The position numbers and the translations under genes are program-made. Below, one piece after another: positions 59,084-64,000 of a DNA stretch of 64,000 nt. The DNA is taken from assembly GCA_017452545.1 (NCBI GenBank), contig JAFTME010000069.1, positions 31,980 through 95,979 of the forward strand, given 5' to 3'. Position 1 is the first letter of the stretch. Each line of letters starts with the position of its first letter. The notes beneath the pieces were generated by a model. It saw only the letters and a list, made by a program, of their open reading frames with translations, made no database searches and was not told the origin of the DNA. The stretch comes from Clostridia bacterium. GTDB lineage: Bacteria; Bacillota; Clostridia; Oscillospirales; CAG-272.

Positions 59084-61707
59084 CACTTTGCCTCATACCA
59101 GTTATCTCCGATGGCAGCCTCAACGTCCAGCGGAACAGACAGCGCCGCCGCGCCCCTCATTTCGGTGCAAAGGATATCCAACGCCACCTGTGCCACGTCA
59201 CGGTGCGCCTCAATGATCAGCTCGTCGTGAACCTGCAGGATCAGCTTGGCGTCAATTCCCGCCTCCTTTAGCTTGCGGTCCACGGCGATCATCGCGATCT
59301 TCATCACGTCTGCCGCCGTACCTTGAATGGGGCTGTTCATCGCCACACGCTCGCCAAACGCCCGCAGCATTTTATTGCTCGCAGACAGCTCCGGAATGTA
59401 ACGCCGTCTGCCGAAGAGCGTGGTCACGTAGCCGTCCTCGTGCGCTTGTACCTTGATATCCTTGAGATATTTATCAATGCGGGGGTAGCTTGCAAGATAG
59501 CTGTCGATATACTCCTTGGCCTCCACACGGGAAATATGGAGATCCTCCGCAAGAGAGAATTCACCCATACCGTAAACGATACCGAAATTGACCGCCTTGG
59601 CACGCTTACGCAGCTCCAACGTCACCTGCTCGGGAGCAACGCCAAATACCGTCGCCGCCGTCGAGGTGTGAATGTCCTGTCCGCTGCAAAATGCCTCGCG
59701 CATATTGTCGTCGCCCGAAATTGCGGCAAGCAAGCGCAGCTCGATCTGCGAATAGTCGGCGTCGATCAAAACGTAATCGCTGCTCTTGGGAATGAAATAG
59801 CGTCGCAGCTGACGTCCGAGCTCGGTACGAATGGGGATGTTCTGCAAATTCGGCTCTGCAGAGGAAAGACGCCCCGTTGCCGTACCCGTTTGCTTGAAAT
59901 GCGTATGCACGCGACCGTCTTCCGCTACCACCTTGAGCAAGCCGTCAACGTAGGTGCTCTTGAGCTTGGTCACCTGGCGATATTCCAGAATATCCGCGAT
60001 GATGGGATGATATGCTCGCAGCTTTTCCAGTACCTCTGCGCCGGTGGAGTAGCCCGTCTTGGTCTTTTTGGGACCGGGCAACGACAGCTCCTCAAACAAG
60101 ATCACACCCAGCTGCTTGGGCGAGTTGATATTGAAATCGTGTCCGACGTAGCCGTAGATACGCTCTTCCAGTTCCCTTGCGACCGCATCCAGCTGTACGC
60201 CGTAAGCATCAATCCCCTCACAGTCCACCCGTGAGCCCTCGCGTTCCATATCGGTAAGCACGGCGGACAGCGGCATTTCAATGGAAAAAAGCAAAGATTC
60301 CTGACCGCTCTCACGTACCTTGTCAAGGAGCACGGGATACAGGCGATAAATCACGTCGACCGCAGGCGCATCCTCCTCCATCAGCTGCTGCAGGTAGGAC
60401 AGTGCAAGTCTGTCAAGCTCGTACGAGCCCTCGCCCGCATTGACCACGTAAGCCGCCAGCATCACGTCACAATAGCAGCCTCTGAAGTGAATACCGTAGC
60501 GCTCCAACGTATGATAAAGTGTCTTGCAGTCATGGCAGATGATCCGACTGTGTCCCGTCAGAAACGCCTCAAGTGCGGCTTTGGCATCGGCAGCTGTCAA
60601 AGCGTCCGCCGACAGCCGCATCATCCGCTTTCCGTCGTATGCAAGCATACAATCCTGCTGTATGCTGATCGACAGAAGCTCGTCCCCCGGCAGCGCACAA
60701 AGCTCCGCTACACCAACCGTCACGATCTCTTCCTCCGACAGAGCCGCACTCCTCTCAGGAGGCGGCGCCAGAGCTTCATCCAGCGACATCTGCCCCACAG
60801 CACCGTCATCCGCCGCTGCAGGCTTTGCCTCCTGCTGCGATGCAAGTCCGAAGCGCTTGATCATCGCCGCAAATTCCATGCGGGTAAAAAAGTCCAGCGC
60901 AGCAGAGGAGTCCATGCCCTGCGTTGCAAAATCATCAAGAGAAAGCGAGAGCGGAACCTCGCGGAAAATGCGCGCCAGCTTTTGTGACAGATAGGCACTC
61001 TCCCGCCCCTCGGTCAGCTTTTTGAGTACGGAGGGCGTGTGCTTTGCCGTCTCCAGCGTCGCATAAACGCCGTCGAGCGAGCCGTGCTCCGCAATCAGCT
61101 TGAGCGCCGTTTTTTCACCGATACCGGGAACACCGGGGATGTTGTCCGAGCTGTCACCCATCAACGCCTTGACGTCTACAAACTGCGAGGACGCCACGCC
61201 GTATTTTTCAAAAAATGTCTGCTCGTCAAAATCCAGTGTCTCGGTATTGGTTGCCAACAGCACGTGCACGCGGGGGGAGATCAGCTGCAGCGCATCTCTG
61301 TCACCGGTCAGAATATAGCATTCGGCACCGTTCTCCTCCGCCATGCGTGCAACCGTACCGAGAATATCGTCTGCCTCATATCCCTTACGCTCCAACACGT
61401 GAAAGCCCAGCACACCGGCACATTCCTTAGCCAGCGGAAACTGTGCGATCAGCTCGGGCGGCGCAGGGCGACGCCCTGCCTTGTATTCCGTATACATCTC
61501 GTGGCGGAAGGTCGGCGCCTTGAGATCAAACGCCATGACTGCAAAATCAGGGCGAACGACTTCCCACTGCTTGGTTATGATATTGATCATTCCGTAGATT
61601 GCATTGGTCGGCGTACCGTCCCGCGTCGTCAGTGCGCGAATTCCGTAAAACGCACGGTTGACAATGCTGTTTCCGTCCACGGCAAGAATTTTTTTCACGT
61701 TGCTCAT
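59083..61707 (-). CDS. polA: DNA polymerase I
   Basis: The true start is MSNVKKILAVDGNS (5'-nuclease domain). Pol motif A DYSQIELR, motif B RKRAKAVNFGIVYG, motif C LQVHDEL. Confidence 0.95.
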   Translation of the reverse strand: MSNVKKILAVDGNSIVNRAFYGIRALTTRDGTPTNAIYGMINIITKQWEVVRPDFAVMAFDLKAPTFRHEMYTEYKAGRRPAPPELIAQFPLAKECAGVLGFHVLERKGYEADDILGTVARMAEENGAECYILTGDRDALQLISPRVHVLLATNTETLDFDEQTFFEKYGVASSQFVDVKALMGDSSDNIPGVPGIGEKTALKLIAEHGSLDGVYATLETAKHTPSVLKKLTEGRESAYLSQKLARIFREVPLSLSLDDFATQGMDSSAALDFFTRMEFAAMIKRFGLASQQEAKPAAADDGAVGQMSLDEALAPPPERSAALSEEEIVTVGVAELCALPGDELLSISIQQDCMLAYDGKRMMRLSADALTAADAKAALEAFLTGHSRIICHDCKTLYHTLERYGIHFRGCYCDVMLAAYVVNAGEGSYELDRLALSYLQQLMEEDAPAVDVIYRLYPVLLDKVRESGQESLLFSIEMPLSAVLTDMEREGSRVDCEGIDAYGVQLDAVARELEERIYGYVGHDFNINSPKQLGVILFEELSLPGPKKTKTGYSTGAEVLEKLRAYHPIIADILEYRQVTKLKSTYVDGLLKVVAEDGRVHTHFKQTGTATGRLSSAEPNLQNIPIRTELGRQLRRYFIPKSSDYVLIDADYSQIELRLLAAISGDDNMREAFCSGQDIHTSTAATVFGVAPEQVTLELRKRAKAVNFGIVYGMGEFSLAEDLHISRVEAKEYIDSYLASYPRIDKYLKDIKVQAHEDGYVTTLFGRRRYIPELSASNKMLRAFGERVAMNSPIQGTAADVMKIAMIAVDRKLKEAGIDAKLILQVHDELIIEAHRDVAQVALDILCTEMRGAAALSVPLDVEAAIGDNWYEAK

Positions 61708-61744
61708 CAGAGAAGTACCCCTCTTCCGAATTTTGTCTATGTAT

Positions 61745-61774
61745 AGTATAACACCCACAGCGCGCTCTTGTCAA
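61745..61774 (-). promoter_or_regulatory. Candidate promoter of polA
   Basis: On the minus strand: TTGACA (61774-61769), 18-nt spacer, TATACT (61750-61745). Confidence 0.45.
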
Positions 61775-61784
61775 GCAAGATTTT

Positions 61785-61855
61785 CCGAAAATACAAAAGC
61801 ACGCCAAGCGGCGCGCACAAGCGTGCAAACCGACAGCGTGCTTTTGTATTTTCGG
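61785..61855. repeat. Perfect 20-bp inverted repeat with 31-nt loop (long hairpin)
   Basis: CCGAAAATACAAAAGCACGC (61785-61804) pairs with GCGTGCTTTTGTATTTTCGG (61836-61855). The loop contains a second GCGTGC. TTTTGTTTT follows on the + strand. Confidence 0.9.
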
Positions 61856-61867
61856 TTTTGTTTTAGA

Positions 61868-62068
61868 TCAGATCGCATCCAGATCGTCGGGATCGGAGGA
61901 GGAAGAGTCTGACACAACTTCAAAATCGTCCTTGCCGGCACCGCAAAGGGGGCAAGTCCAATCAGCAGGCAGGTCTTCAAAATCAGTTCCTTCATCGATT
62001 CCGTTGTCCGGATCTCCTACCTTAGGGTCGTATTCATAACCGCACAGTTCACAAACATATTTTTTCAT
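61868..62068 (-). CDS. Rubredoxin with acidic Ser/Asp-rich C-terminal tail
   Basis: [13 protein letters not shown]...[13 protein letters not shown] (two CxxCG knuckles), followed by [16 protein letters not shown]. Confidence 0.9.
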   Translation of the reverse strand: MKKYVCELCGYEYDPKVGDPDNGIDEGTDFEDLPADWTCPLCGAGKDDFEVVSDSSSSDPDDLDAI

Positions 62069-62288
62069 TGTCAGATGTAACTCCTCGTTTTTCAGTATTG
62101 TCATATTTATAATACAGCACACGTACCGCTTTGTCAACAGATAAACGCAAGGATATGCATCTAATCTTTTTTGAAATTCTCGCTTTGATTTTGTGCATTA
62201 TGCACAATATAAGCGTTTTGGTTCTAATGCAAGCCCGATTTTCGTATACATAAAAGGTAAAAACAAGGAGAAAAGGAAGGGATTTTTT

Positions 62289-63881
62289 GTGAAGCACTCT
62301 CGTCAATTTATGCTGCAAGCGCTCCTGCTCGGTGCTGTTTCGATCCTGCTGCGCGCGATCGGTGTATGCTTCCAGGTATATGTCGTTTCCACCGTCGGTG
62401 CGCAGACGATCGGCGTCTCCGCCCTGATTGGCAGCGTGTTCGGCTTTGCGGTCACGCTGGCGCTCTCCGGCATTCAGCTCGGCTGCACTCGCCTGGTTGC
62501 CGAACGCCTCGGCGTAAAGGACGGTGGCGGCATTTCCCGTACGCTCGTCTGTTGTATTTTTTACGCACTTTTTTTCGGCTGCCTGTCCGCAGGGCTGCTT
62601 TTTATTCTCTCGGGACCGATCGCCCTGCTGTGTCTGAAGCAGGAGACGGTACTTCTTCCGCTGCGCATCATGGCGGTCTCACTTCCCGCCATGGCACTCT
62701 CCTCTTGCATCTCCGGTTATTTTATCGCCGTCCGTCGCGTCTATAAAAGCGCGACCGTGCAGATTTTCGAGCAACTGCTCCGCATTCTTCTGACCGTTCG
62801 TCTGTTTGCCTCGCTCTCCCATCCAAATATGCAAAGCTCGCTTTGCACGCTCGCCACCGCCGACACACTTGCCTGCCTGTGCGCCACGGCAGGTATGCTG
62901 GTGCTCCTCCTTCATGATCGCAAAAAGCACGCAGCCGACCTTCCCCGCCTTTCCCATACGGCAACGCCTTCTTACGCAAACGTAGCACGCCATCTGCTGG
63001 CAGTCACACTGCCGGTTGCCGTCTCTGCCTATGCCAGGTCAGGACTGATCTCGCTGGAGCATCTACTCATTCCGATTGGTCTTGATCGCTTCGGGCAAGC
63101 GAAGGAGCTCGCTCTCGCCTCCTACGGCGCTCTGCAGAGCATGGCCCTGCCCGTCGTGCTATTCCCCGCCGCCCTGCCAGCCGCCTTTGCCAATCTGCTT
63201 GTACCGGAGGTCACCGAAAGCCACGTGCGCGGAGAAATAAAACGCATCCGTTATATCATTCAGCGTGTGCTATCGCTTGCGCTGCTGTTTGCCATCGGCG
63301 TGGCGGGAATTATGCTTTGCTTTTCCAATGCGCTCGGAAATACCCTCTACCCGAACTCCGAAGCGGCAAAATTTATCCGCCTGCTTGCCCCCCTCATTCC
63401 CGTCATGTACCTCGACAGTGCCGTCGATGCCATGCTCAAGGGGCTGGGACAGCAGGTCAGCTCCATGGGTATCAATATCATTGACGCCTCCCTCTCGGTC
63501 ATCCTTGTTTGGCTGCTCGTTCCCATGCTTGGAATCTACGGATACCTTGTCACCATCTATGTCACCGAGATCGTCAACGCTACGCTCAGCATCGTTCGTC
63601 TTCTGCGCGTCAGCGGCGTCAAGGTATTTCCCGGGAAATGGCTGCTCAAGCCCATGGCAAGTATTCTGCTCGCCGCGCTGTTGACCCATCTGCTGGTCTG
63701 CATCTCCGCCGGCATTCCGTTTGCGTTTACTCTCCCCGCCGAGGCATCTCTCGTGCTGCAGATTTTGCTCACGGTTGCCCTGTACCTTATACTCGCGCGC
63801 CTCTTTGGTGCCCTTCGGCAGCAGGAGCTTGCGTGGTTGATCGGGCTTTTCGGCAAACCCAAATGCAGTACCTGCAAATAA
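62289..63881 (+). CDS. spoVB: MOP-superfamily flippase, SpoVB/MurJ-like
   Basis: GTG at 62289 preceded by AAGGAAGGG. About 14 TM segments. Polysaccharide-biosynthesis/SpoVB family similarity. Confidence 0.75.
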   Translation: MKHSRQFMLQALLLGAVSILLRAIGVCFQVYVVSTVGAQTIGVSALIGSVFGFAVTLALSGIQLGCTRLVAERLGVKDGGGISRTLVCCIFYALFFGCLSAGLLFILSGPIALLCLKQETVLLPLRIMAVSLPAMALSSCISGYFIAVRRVYKSATVQIFEQLLRILLTVRLFASLSHPNMQSSLCTLATADTLACLCATAGMLVLLLHDRKKHAADLPRLSHTATPSYANVARHLLAVTLPVAVSAYARSGLISLEHLLIPIGLDRFGQAKELALASYGALQSMALPVVLFPAALPAAFANLLVPEVTESHVRGEIKRIRYIIQRVLSLALLFAIGVAGIMLCFSNALGNTLYPNSEAAKFIRLLAPLIPVMYLDSAVDAMLKGLGQQVSSMGINIIDASLSVILVWLLVPMLGIYGYLVTIYVTEIVNATLSIVRLLRVSGVKVFPGKWLLKPMASILLAALLTHLLVCISAGIPFAFTLPAEASLVLQILLTVALYLILARLFGALRQQELAWLIGLFGKPKCSTCK

Positions 63882-64000
63882 CGCAATCGCCGACGGATAT
63901 TTTTTGATCGTTCCTTGGAATAATAGGAAAGAAACGTTTGTCTGAATTTTGTGTCGGAATTGAAAATTTTTTAAAATAAGCACCATAAAATCGATTTTCC

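Overview
This window is a chromosomal core region of a spore-forming Firmicute. The class Clostridia, Oscillospiraceae/Ruminococcaceae-like, is inferred from gene content and codon bias, not proven. About 55 tightly packed protein genes are almost all housekeeping and sit in classic conserved blocks. One block is polC-ispG-rseP-dxr-cdsA-uppS-frr-pyrH-tsf-rpsB. Others are ecfA1-ecfA2-ecfT-truA, SRP RNA-(inserted gene)-dnaX-ybaB-recR, argG-argH, sufC-sufB, guaB, radA, polA and comEC. Sporulation genes are scattered through the window (spoIIID, pdaA-like, cwlD-like, ylmC/ymxH, spoVB-like). One ncRNA is present: a Bacillus-type long SRP RNA that the ORF track masks with an N-terminal ORF extension. 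I found no tRNA or rRNA genes, CRISPR arrays, transposases, integrases, prophage genes or recognisable defence genes. I cannot point to a convincing novel multi-gene system. The items most worth a second look are these. (1) A PRPP-synthetase-like gene is split by a single in-frame TAG, and no gene in the window uses TAG as its terminator. (2) An intact 943-aa P-type-ATPase homologue has all catalytic signature motifs degenerate. (3) A 1287-aa lipoprotein of unknown function, with two tandem C-terminal modules, sits between ruvC and sufBC. (4) A VTC-domain/DUF4956 pair is present. (5) An orphan ACP is driven by a consensus promoter. Several structured or palindromic intergenic elements and one unannotated small ORF are also listed.
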